Part shown: positions 1-8,110 of the stretch, one piece after another
How the letters are laid out: every line of letters begins with the position of its first letter
Numbering within the stretch: the first letter of the stretch is position 1
Sequence record: SRR20825006_271
DNA length: 61,796 bases
Strand: one strand, 5' to 3'
Notes under the pieces: model-generated
What the model was told of the DNA's origin: nothing
Databases searched by the model: none
What the model saw: the letters and a program-made list of their open reading frames with translations, nothing else
Made by a program: the position numbers and the translations under genes

Positions 1-543
1 ATGATTGACGATATTGCGTTTCAAACCAATTTGCTGGCGTTGAATGCCTCGGTTGAGGCGGCGCGGGCCGGGGAGGCGGGCAAAGGCTTTGCCGTGGTGG
101 CGGTGGAAGTGCGCCGCTTGGCCCAATCTGCGGCAGAAGCCTCTAGCGAGGTGAAGCAATTGATTGAGCAATCGGCCAGTGAAGTGGGCAGCGGCTCGCA
201 ATTGGTGTTTGATGCGGCCAAGCAATTAACGGCGATGCTGGATGCAGTGCGCGAAAATTCGGTGCTGATGGATGAGATTGCGGCGGAAAGTAAATCGCAA
301 GCCTCTTCCATTGAGGAGGTGGATTTGGCCGTGCGGCAAATGGACGAGATGACCCAGCATAATGCGGCACTGGTTGAGCAAACTAATGCGGCCATTGAGC
401 AAACGGAAAATCAGGCGATTGGGTTGGATAAAATTGTCGAAATTTTCCGGCTTGATGACACGATGCAAAGCCGGGCGGTGCAGGGCGAAGCCGAAATGCC
501 GATGCAGGACAGTGCCGCCGCGTGGATCACCAAATCCGCCTAA
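1..543 (+). CDS. Methyl-accepting chemotaxis protein, C-terminal signalling domain (5' truncated by window edge)
   Basis: MCP hairpin-tip motif [38 protein letters not shown] and methylation helix [15 protein letters not shown]. Confidence 0.95.
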   Translation: MIDDIAFQTNLLALNASVEAARAGEAGKGFAVVAVEVRRLAQSAAEASSEVKQLIEQSASEVGSGSQLVFDAAKQLTAMLDAVRENSVLMDEIAAESKSQASSIEEVDLAVRQMDEMTQHNAALVEQTNAAIEQTENQAIGLDKIVEIFRLDDTMQSRAVQGEAEMPMQDSAAAWITKSA

Positions 544-550
544 ATCCAGA

Positions 551-1000
551 TTATTTCTGACGGGCTGCTTCCAGCCCGTTGGTCAATTTTTTCAAAAGGC
601 GTTGCAGCTCATTGAGTTCGGCATGGTCTAACGATGTGTTGTTGACCATGCAGGCGGTAATGTCTGGCGCTTTTTTTTGCAGCGCGCGTCCGGTGGGGGC
701 GAGGCGCACAATGATTTGGCGTTTATCCTTATCGCCCGGGGTGCGCTTAATGTGCCCCAACGCCTCCAGCCGCTTGAGCAGGGGGGTGAGGGTGTTTGTG
801 TTCATCCGCAAGATTTTGGCCAGTTCGGTGACCTTTTGCCCATCGCGTTCCCACAACAGGGTGAGGGTTATATATTGCGGATAGGTGAGCCCAAGCCGCG
901 CCAGATGCGGCGCGTAGCTTTGGTTGATGACGTGGGACGCGGTGTACACCCCATAACAGAACATATCCTCAGCGCGGGTGGGCAATTGCTCCATTGTCAT
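551..1000 (-). CDS. OhrR-like MarR-family transcriptional regulator
   Basis: MFCYGVY (OhrR LCFALY equivalent with redox Cys), LGLTYPQY, TLTPLLKRLE, DKR wing; second Cys near C-terminus; ATG at 1000 has AAGGA upstream. Confidence 0.88.
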   Translation of the reverse strand: MTMEQLPTRAEDMFCYGVYTASHVINQSYAPHLARLGLTYPQYITLTLLWERDGQKVTELAKILRMNTNTLTPLLKRLEALGHIKRTPGDKDKRQIIVRLAPTGRALQKKAPDITACMVNNTSLDHAELNELQRLLKKLTNGLEAARQK

Positions 1001-1020
1001 CTTGCTGTCCTTAAGTTTGG

Positions 1021-1091
1021 TCGTGCACGATATTATTATTGACATGGGCATGACATTTCATCAACACTGTCAAATTATATCGTGCACGATA
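1021..1091. promoter_or_regulatory. Two palindromic operator candidates (TCGTGCACGA 1021-1030; TATCGTGCACGATA 1078-1091) in the divergent promoter
   Basis: Same perfect palindrome core twice, each about 16-20 bp upstream of one of the two divergent start codons. Confidence 0.7.
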
Positions 1092-1107
1092 CAAATGGAG
1101 AAAGAAG

Positions 1108-1329
1108 ATGAGCTGGTTGCCGAATTTGAAAACAGAAACTGCAGAAGAAGGTTTTGAGCTGGCGATTAAACTCTCGCGGATGGCGGTGAAGAAAACCCAA
1201 CCAGACGACGCCACCCGCACCAAACTGCGCGACGATTATGCTAACAGTGCTGACAGTTTGACACTGGCGTCACAGGTCGTGGCGACGAATTTTCAGACCG
1301 TTGCGGCGGCTAATGATTATTGGCGGTGA
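1108..1329 (+). CDS. Hexameric tyrosine-coordinated heme protein (HTHP)
   Basis: 73 aa; WLP.L.T.T.EEGFELAIKLSRMAVKKTQPD...Y...FQTVAAANDYW matches the Ruegeria (Silicibacter) pomeroyi HTHP as recalled; heme-ligand Tyr retained; GGAG RBS. Confidence 0.9.
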   Translation: MSWLPNLKTETAEEGFELAIKLSRMAVKKTQPDDATRTKLRDDYANSADSLTLASQVVATNFQTVAAANDYWR

Positions 1330-1451
1330 TGGCGCTCGATATCTGTGTTCAAATTGGAATTGTTTGTTTTGAAACGTAAAACTGGTACTCGACACGGCGA
1401 TCTATTTAGGTGAACATGGATAGATGAATCAGAAATTTAGACTTAAAATTT

Positions 1452-2789
1452 ATGCCCAAATCGCGTGAGATACACTGGACGAACAAGTCGGTCCTTAAAC
1501 TCGCCCGGCAAGGCGATCCTACAAAAATCATACAAGAAAAGGCTCGTTCCATTGTACTGAAGGCGCAGGAACAAGGCTGGTCTGGGCCGCCTTTTAATCC
1601 CATGGAAATCGCCAAAGCTATGGGCGCTGTTTTTGAAGCAAATTCAAGTATTGCCGATGCGCGTCTGATTGCAACCGATAATGGACCAAAAATTGAATAT
1701 AATCCTCGTCAACCGAGGGAGCGAGTGCGTTTCTCGATAGCGCATGAAATCGCCCATTTGCTATTTGAGGATTGGTACGAGTACGTGCGGAACAGAGGTG
1801 GAAGCAAAGATATAAAGGATGAATGGCAGCTTGAAATGTTATGCAACCTAGCGGCTTCGGAATTTGTACTTCCTATTGGAAGTCTGAAGCCATCTGGTGA
1901 CATTTCGAGGATGGAAGCGCTAATGAAGGAAAGGCGTGAATATGATGTGTCCGCTGAAGCCTTTCTTATTCGCATTGCTAAGACATCTACGGCCCCAATT
2001 GGTGTATTCTTCGCATCTCCCAACGTTGATATTGAGAATGAGCGTAAATATCGCATTGATTACGGAGTTTTATCGCCAACTGCTCCGGAAATAAATCTGC
2101 CTAGTATAGAAGTGCCAAACGGCAGTATTGTTCACGCTTGTACTGCAATTGGGCATACTGATAATGCCATAGAAAATTGGATAAGCGGTAACCCAACTCA
2201 AATAGAATGTGTTGGTTTGCCAGGATACCCGGGAAGCATCTATCCGCGCGTGGCGGGGTTGGTTAGATTTGAACATCCGCGCGAAGATCGGAGTTTGATT
2301 AGGACTATCCACGGTGATGTACTTGATCCTCGAGGCAATGACTGCAAGATTATTTGTCAATTAGTCAATGACAAAGCTACGAAATGGGGCGGAGGCATTG
2401 CTCGCAAGACTGCGAGAAAATTTCCTGAGGCCGAAAAACAGTTTACTGAAAATTTTTTGAATATTCAAAGCGACCAGCGTCTTGGTAGTGCGATTTTTAG
2501 TGTGGTCGATAGTAAACTAGTTATTGCTAGCTTAGTTGGTCAAGTCGGCTACGGAAAATCTTCGCTACCAAGAATACGGTACACGGCATTAGAAAATGCA
2601 TTGGAGGCAGTTGCAGAAAAGGCAGTTTCTTTAGGAGCTTCGATTCATATGCCTCGAATTGGGACTGGTGCTGCGGGTGGGACTTGGGCTGTTATTGAAG
2701 AAATACTTGATGATGTTGTGGTGCGGAGAGGGCTCGAGATTACAGTGTATGAGGTTCCGCCCAAACGTGTTCAATTAGAGCTATTTTAG
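1452..2789 (+). CDS. IrrE/ImmA-family Zn metallopeptidase fused to C-terminal macrodomain (DarG/TARG1/SCO6735-like)
   Basis: RFSIAHEIAH (HExxH) and ExxCNxxASEFVLP in N-half; C-half GDVL..VND...WGGGIA...SLVGQ...SIHMPRIGTGAAGGTW macrodomain motifs. Confidence 0.85.
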   Translation: MPKSREIHWTNKSVLKLARQGDPTKIIQEKARSIVLKAQEQGWSGPPFNPMEIAKAMGAVFEANSSIADARLIATDNGPKIEYNPRQPRERVRFSIAHEIAHLLFEDWYEYVRNRGGSKDIKDEWQLEMLCNLAASEFVLPIGSLKPSGDISRMEALMKERREYDVSAEAFLIRIAKTSTAPIGVFFASPNVDIENERKYRIDYGVLSPTAPEINLPSIEVPNGSIVHACTAIGHTDNAIENWISGNPTQIECVGLPGYPGSIYPRVAGLVRFEHPREDRSLIRTIHGDVLDPRGNDCKIICQLVNDKATKWGGGIARKTARKFPEAEKQFTENFLNIQSDQRLGSAIFSVVDSKLVIASLVGQVGYGKSSLPRIRYTALENALEAVAEKAVSLGASIHMPRIGTGAAGGTWAVIEEILDDVVVRRGLEITVYEVPPKRVQLELF

Positions 2790-2800
2790 ATTGGACCTAT

Positions 2801-4417
2801 ATGAAGTCTAAATTCAAAGTTATACTGATCTCGGGGCCGATTTGTTCGGGGAAAACATCACTTGTTGAGCAATTGCGAGAAAGGCATCAAGCTGTCGTAA
2901 TAAAAACTAGTGATTTGATAAAAAATAGACTCCCAAATACAAAAGATGAAAGAAGAGCCCTTCAAAGGGCTGGACAAAAGCTGGATCGTGAAGTGGGCGG
3001 AGCTTGGGTTGGTACCGCACTCGAACAAGTTATTTCGGATAAGTTAGATGGAGCACTTAAAGGCCTATTTGTAGTTGATTCAGTTCGGACACGGGAACAG
3101 ATTGACACGATCAGACAGGCATATAGCCCCGATGTTCATCATATCCATCTTACAGCGACACCCAAGGAGTTAGAACGCCGTTTCGAGGAGCGTACGCGGT
3201 CGGTAGATGCTGAGGTTTCTTATAAGGCGCTTAAGTCCAATAGAACGGAAAAACAAATTGATAACCTGAAAATGTATGCAGATGTTGTTGTCGATACGGA
3301 TCGTTGCAGTGCGGAGGCGGTTCTTGTTCGTGCTACAGCTTTGTTGCAGCTATATCCTCGTTCTAATGAAGCATGTGTTGATGTTCTTATTGGTGGCCAA
3401 TATGGAAGTGAAGGTAAGGGGAACATAGTAGGCCATATTGCACCCGAATATGATTTAATGATCAGAGTCGGCGGTCCGAATGCGGGTCACCAAGTATATG
3501 CTGAGCCTGCTCCAGAAAAATACTACCACCTTCCATCGGGGACCGGACGAGCACCAGAGGCGCAACTTTTGTTAGGGCCTGGTGCGGTAATTTATCCCCC
3601 AAAACTATTGGAAGAAATACAAATTCATAAAATTACGCCTAGTCGCCTAAAGATCGACCCGCAAGCCATGATCATTTCAAGCAAAGATATTGACGAGGAG
3701 AAGCGTAAATTCGGAAACATAGGATCGACTGCGCAGGGAGTGGGGATAGCGTCTGCACGTAAGATGACTGGCAGATCTGACTACAAAGTTAAACCCTCTT
3801 TTTTGGCAAAAGACTGTGCAGATTTGAAACCATTTATCGCCAGTGCAAGGCGAATTATTGCTGATGCAATGGTAGAAGGGAAAAAGATATTGCTTGAAGG
3901 TACACAAGGTACCACTTTAAGTCTTCACCACGGACAATATCCGCATGTTACAACGCGAGACACCACTGTATCCGGGTGTTTGGCGGATGCTGGCATAGCT
4001 CCTTCAAACGTTAGAAAAATAGTTATGGTCTGTCGAACGTATCCTATACGTGTTGGCGGCCCATCAGGGGACTTGGTCAATGAGGTGGAGATGGATGAAA
4101 TTAGCGAGCGCAGCGGAATAAAGCTGGACGAATTGAAGAAAACGGAAAAAACGACAACGACAAATAGGGATAGAAGAATTGCTGAATTTGACTGGGTACA
4201 ATTCCGCGATTCAGTTCAACTTAATGGCCCTACGGACATTGCGCTTACGTTTGTGGACTATTTCGATGTAAAGAATCGCTCCGCCTATCGCTTCGAGCAA
4301 CTGAGTACTGAGACAATTCGATTTGTGGAAGAAATTGAAAGAGTATCTGGGAGGCCAGTCTCATTGCTCTCTACCAATTTTAACTGGCGTAATGTCATTG
4401 ACAGGAGGGCATGGTGA
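2801..4417 (+). CDS. P-loop (deoxy)nucleotide monophosphate kinase-like domain fused to adenylosuccinate synthetase homologue of PurZ/PurZ0 type
   Basis: aa 1-185: GPICSGKT Walker A, RALQRAG, VVDSVR; aa ~193-538: GGQYGSEGKG, GGPNAGH, IGST, LLEGTQG, YPHVTTRDTT, RTYPIRVG, TTTTNRDRR, LTFVD. Confidence 0.85.
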   Translation: MKSKFKVILISGPICSGKTSLVEQLRERHQAVVIKTSDLIKNRLPNTKDERRALQRAGQKLDREVGGAWVGTALEQVISDKLDGALKGLFVVDSVRTREQIDTIRQAYSPDVHHIHLTATPKELERRFEERTRSVDAEVSYKALKSNRTEKQIDNLKMYADVVVDTDRCSAEAVLVRATALLQLYPRSNEACVDVLIGGQYGSEGKGNIVGHIAPEYDLMIRVGGPNAGHQVYAEPAPEKYYHLPSGTGRAPEAQLLLGPGAVIYPPKLLEEIQIHKITPSRLKIDPQAMIISSKDIDEEKRKFGNIGSTAQGVGIASARKMTGRSDYKVKPSFLAKDCADLKPFIASARRIIADAMVEGKKILLEGTQGTTLSLHHGQYPHVTTRDTTVSGCLADAGIAPSNVRKIVMVCRTYPIRVGGPSGDLVNEVEMDEISERSGIKLDELKKTEKTTTTNRDRRIAEFDWVQFRDSVQLNGPTDIALTFVDYFDVKNRSAYRFEQLSTETIRFVEEIERVSGRPVSLLSTNFNWRNVIDRRAW

Positions 4418-5082
4418 CAAAAGATGAACTTGAACTTCTAATTTCAGACTGCCCCACTTTGTACCACATGGCAGAGCGTGGTTCATGGGAAAGCATTAAA
4501 ACTAGCGGTCTGCTGAGTACAACGGCGTTGCTGGACAAATATGAAGTGTCTGGAAAACAGCGCGATGCTATTGAGAGTGCACATCGTCCTGTGAGCGTAG
4601 AAGTGTTGCATGACACACTTCCACGGGCCGTTGTTCGAGATCAAATCCCTATGAGCGATTCTGGCCTAAGGCGTTGCTTGCCTGAGTATATAGAGCCATC
4701 TGACTGGTACAGGCTACTAAACTCTAAGGTATTTTTTTGGCTTTCCAAGGAAAGATTGCACAAGCTGACGGGCGCCAAATCATACAGAGAACTTGAACAT
4801 GATGTACTGGAGGTTGACACTAGATCGCTTATTGAGAAGCATTTTGATCGTATTTGGCTTTGTCCGATAAACAGTGGTTGCACTAAACCCTTTCCTCACC
4901 CGAGAGATGAGCGTATTTTTACACAAATAGAAGAATATGATTACTCAGGTTGGCGGAAAAAAAGGAAATCTTGTGAGGTGGCGGTCGAGCTTGCAGTAGA
5001 GTATGCAGTCCATGATATCCGAAATCATGTTAAGCGTGTGGTCGTGATGAAGGGAACCGAGGTGTTGTCGGTAATCGAATGA
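4411..5082 (+). CDS. Putative DarT-like ADP-ribosyltransferase-fold protein (DUF7002-like)
   Basis: N-terminal LYHMAERGSWESIKTSGLLS resembles DarT LYHxT..NL.SI...GLLS; VFFW strand; C-terminal AVELAV with candidate catalytic Glu; ATGGTGA overlap with upstream gene and GGAGGG RBS. Confidence 0.65.
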   Translation: MVTKDELELLISDCPTLYHMAERGSWESIKTSGLLSTTALLDKYEVSGKQRDAIESAHRPVSVEVLHDTLPRAVVRDQIPMSDSGLRRCLPEYIEPSDWYRLLNSKVFFWLSKERLHKLTGAKSYRELEHDVLEVDTRSLIEKHFDRIWLCPINSGCTKPFPHPRDERIFTQIEEYDYSGWRKKRKSCEVAVELAVEYAVHDIRNHVKRVVVMKGTEVLSVIE

Positions 5083-5109
5083 AAATAAGTGCAAGTTTTT
5101 AGTAAACTC

Positions 5110-5146
5110 AAAAAAACACCGCCACAAATCTGTGACGGTGCATTTT
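5110..5146 (-). terminator. Intrinsic terminator, possibly bidirectional
   Basis: Minus strand CACCGTCACA-GATT-TGTGGCGGTG followed by T7; lies between convergent genes. Confidence 0.8.
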
Positions 5147-5170
5147 CTGCTGGCTTTATCCACCCTAACT

Positions 5171-6529
5171 TTAAACACTCGCCGCAGCACTCAGCCCCTT
5201 ATCCAACGCCCCAATCATCCGGGTTACATCATCTGCCGTGATCACCAGTGGGGGTGACAGGATGATATTATTGCCAGAGACGCGGATGGTTACGCCTGCC
5301 TCATAGGCGGCGTCGAAGGCGGCGGCGATCGCTGGTTTTGAGGCGGGGGTTTTGGTGGGGCGGTCGTCGACCAGTTCGATGGCGGCCATGAGGCCGATGC
5401 CGCGGGTGTCGCCGACGATCTGGTGTTTTTCTTTGAGTTGCGCGAGGCCGTTTTGCAGCTCAATGCCGCGGGCTTTTGCGTTTTCCCACACTTTGGCTTT
5501 TTTGATTTCGGCCAGGGTGGCGAGGGCGGCGGCGCAGCCGACCGGGTGGGCCGAATAGGTGTAGCCATGGCCAATATTGCCCACAGCGTCCTTATTGCTT
5601 TCGAAGGCTTCGACCACTTTTTCGCCCATCATGGCGGCGCCGAAGGGGAAGTATGAATTGGTGATGGCTTTGGCGGTGCACATCATATCTGGCGCCACGC
5701 CCCAGAGGCGCGAGCCGTGCACATCGCCTGTGCGGCCAAAGGCGGTGATCACTTCATCGGCGATCAACAAAATGCCATGCTTGTCGCACACCTCGCGCAC
5801 CATGGGCATAAAGCTTTTGTGCGGCACGATCACCCCGCCAGCGCCCAGCACTGGCTCCATAATCATGGCGGCGATTGTATCTGCCCCTTGGAAGGCGATT
5901 TCATCTTCCAGCATCGCGATGCAGCGGTTGGCGATTTCTTCTGCATTGTCGGTGCCGAATGGATTTCGGTACGTCCATGGGGCGGCGATTTGAAAGCAGC
6001 CAGCCAGCATCGGCTCATAATTGCGGCGGAAATTGGCGTTGCCATTCACGGACGCGCCGCCAAAATGGGTGCCGTGATAGCCTTTTTTGAGGCTGATAAA
6101 TTTGGTGCGTTCGCCTTCGCCGCGCACCTTATGATATTGCCGCGCCAGGCGCAGGCAGGTTTCAACGGAATCGGAGCCGCCGGAGGTGTAAAATGCGCGG
6201 GTGAGGCCTTCTGGTTTGAACCATTCATTCAGCTCAAAGGAAAGCTCCACCGCTTTATCGTTTGTGGTGCCGCGGAAGGCGGAATAATAGGGCAGTTCGG
6301 CCAATTGCTCTGTCATGGCCTGTTTGATGCTGTCGACCGAATAGCCCAGATTGGCGTTCCACAGGCCACCCACCGCGTCTAGCGTGGTGTGGCCGTCAAT
6401 GTCGGTGATTTCCACACCCTTGGCGCCGCGCATCATTTTGGGCGGATTGTTGCGCATATCGGCCGGGTGGGCCATAGGGTGCCACATATGTTTGGCGTTG
6501 TTTTCTTTCAAAAAGTTGGAATCGAGCAT
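5171..6529 (-). CDS. Class-III PLP aminotransferase (omega-amine:pyruvate type)
   Basis: LDAVGGLW, SGGSDSVE, GYHG, IADEVITAFGRTG, PLP lysine TAK, HGYTYSAHP. Confidence 0.93.
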   Translation of the reverse strand: MLDSNFLKENNAKHMWHPMAHPADMRNNPPKMMRGAKGVEITDIDGHTTLDAVGGLWNANLGYSVDSIKQAMTEQLAELPYYSAFRGTTNDKAVELSFELNEWFKPEGLTRAFYTSGGSDSVETCLRLARQYHKVRGEGERTKFISLKKGYHGTHFGGASVNGNANFRRNYEPMLAGCFQIAAPWTYRNPFGTDNAEEIANRCIAMLEDEIAFQGADTIAAMIMEPVLGAGGVIVPHKSFMPMVREVCDKHGILLIADEVITAFGRTGDVHGSRLWGVAPDMMCTAKAITNSYFPFGAAMMGEKVVEAFESNKDAVGNIGHGYTYSAHPVGCAAALATLAEIKKAKVWENAKARGIELQNGLAQLKEKHQIVGDTRGIGLMAAIELVDDRPTKTPASKPAIAAAFDAAYEAGVTIRVSGNNIILSPPLVITADDVTRMIGALDKGLSAAASV

Positions 6530-7195
6530 CTAGGCCTCCTGAACGGCTGATATGCCAAGCTTTGTAAGCGCTTCGGCGTAACTTTTATTGGGGTGTTGCA
6601 CGTCGAAATGAACAATGTTCATGCCCGCCTTGCGCGCGCCTTCAATGTTGCGGCGCTGATCGTCCACAAACACGCAATGGGCGGGGGCAATGTTCATTTG
6701 ATCGAAGATGAGTTGATATGCGCGCGGATCGGGCTTCAAAATGCCCGTATAGGTGGCATCCACGATGCATTCGAAATCTGCCATGAAGGGCAGTTTTTCT
6801 TTAAAATCAGCGCCGTAAAACAGATCCAGCTCATTGCTGAGGATGGCCAGGCGCACGCCATTTGCTTTGGCGGTTTCAATTGTGTGCAAAAATTCTGGGC
6901 GGATGATTTCCATTGGGTGCGCGGCGCGGGCGGCGACAACAAAGTCTGCCATTTTTGACCAGTCTTTGCCCACCAGTTGACCGGTTTCTTTGGCGCGGAT
7001 GGTCCAATAATCACGCTCGGTGATTTCGTCGCGCTGCATACGTCGCCACAGCTCATCCGATTCCGGCGCAAACGGGCCTTGCCAAGTGAGCGTGCCCGGC
7101 GCGAGGCCGAGGGCTTTTTCGGTGAGGGGATGGGTTTCAAACATGGTGCGGGAAATGACGCCGCCAAAATCCAAAACCAGTGCGCGATCAGTCAT
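6530..7195 (-). CDS. HAD-superfamily hydrolase (subfamily IA)
   Basis: Motif I LDFGGV (DxG variant), LSN, KPDPRAY, FVDD. Confidence 0.88.
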   Translation of the reverse strand: MTDRALVLDFGGVISRTMFETHPLTEKALGLAPGTLTWQGPFAPESDELWRRMQRDEITERDYWTIRAKETGQLVGKDWSKMADFVVAARAAHPMEIIRPEFLHTIETAKANGVRLAILSNELDLFYGADFKEKLPFMADFECIVDATYTGILKPDPRAYQLIFDQMNIAPAHCVFVDDQRRNIEGARKAGMNIVHFDVQHPNKSYAEALTKLGISAVQEA

Positions 7196-7201
7196 AATCA
7201 C

Positions 7202-7975
7202 CTAACGAATGAGCTTTTGAACATTGGGATGCAGCACGCCGCCAATGGCAGTGGTGATGCGGGCGGAGGCGGCGGCCACATTGCGTTTGACCTTGGTTAC
7301 CAACTCATCGCTTTTGCGGGTGATGGGCATGGCCACAGCAATGGCGCCTGCGGCGGAGCCATCGGCATTAAAATAGGGCATGGCGAGGCCAGCAACGTCT
7401 GATTCAAAGCCATGTTCGTTGAGGTAAAACCCATCTTCTTTGGCTTTGAGCACCCGCTGGCGAATCGCGTCTGGGTCGGTTTCGGTAAACTTGGTGTATT
7501 TCCCCAATTGCTGGCGCAGCGCGGCCTCCATCAGATCGGGTTCATTAAAAGCCAAAAAGGCGATGCCGGACGCCGTGGCGTGGAAGGGCAACGGCTCGGT
7601 CGGATCGATCATCACCACGGTGCCACGGTGGGGCTCTTTGTGTGCGATGGTGATCAATGCGCTCGGTCCGGCCACGCTGGCGTGTGCGGTTTCATGAGTG
7701 ATTTCGCACAGCCAATCCACTGTTTGGGTGGCAATAGCGGTGATCGGCGTGGTGGCTTCGCGCACCCGCGCCAAATGCAAGAAGCCGCTGCCCAGCCTGT
7801 AGGCCTTGGTGATTTTGTTTTGCTCAATGAAGTGATGCTTGATCAGGGATTTGAGAATACGCCGCGTGGTCGCCTTGTCCAAATCGGCAAGGCGCGCCAA
7901 TTCTGACAAGCCAATTTCTGGCTGTGTGGGCGTAAAATGGCTCAAAAGGCCCATGGCTTTATCTACAGTTTTCAT
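7202..7975 (-). CDS. IclR-family transcriptional regulator
   Basis: N-terminal HTH GLSELARLADLDKATTRRIL, YRLG, PFHATASGIAFLA effector domain. Confidence 0.93.
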   Translation of the reverse strand: MKTVDKAMGLLSHFTPTQPEIGLSELARLADLDKATTRRILKSLIKHHFIEQNKITKAYRLGSGFLHLARVREATTPITAIATQTVDWLCEITHETAHASVAGPSALITIAHKEPHRGTVVMIDPTEPLPFHATASGIAFLAFNEPDLMEAALRQQLGKYTKFTETDPDAIRQRVLKAKEDGFYLNEHGFESDVAGLAMPYFNADGSAAGAIAVAMPITRKSDELVTKVKRNVAAASARITTAIGGVLHPNVQKLIR

Positions 7976-8110
7976 AAGGCGAAAAAATCAATTGCTTCAC
8001 ATGTTCATAAAAATCTTGACTCAGATCGGTTCACAATGCAACCATTAAATGTGCCGATGGTGATAATAATGAACCGTTGGTAGAATTTCGAACGCTGTAG
8101 GGAGGAAATC

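Larger units (their letters stand above)
1335..5105. other. Low-GC horizontally acquired three-gene cassette
   Basis: 60-nt spot counts of 32% GC (2881-2940) and 42% (2461-2520) versus 67% at 5281-5340; frequent AGA/ATA/TTA/CTA codons unlike flanking genes; boundaries approximate. Confidence 0.75.

Noticed and set aside
1406-1615. Small minus-strand ORF as a possible repressor for the IrrE peptidase
   Set aside because: Overlaps the peptidase gene antisense and shows no HTH pattern
2801-4417. Housekeeping purA
   Set aside because: Catalytic Asp replaced by Ser, short domain, kinase fusion and foreign composition; gene symbol withheld
1335-5105. Prophage remnant explaining the PurZ-like gene
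   Set aside because: No structural, integrase, polymerase, datZ or mazZ genes nearby
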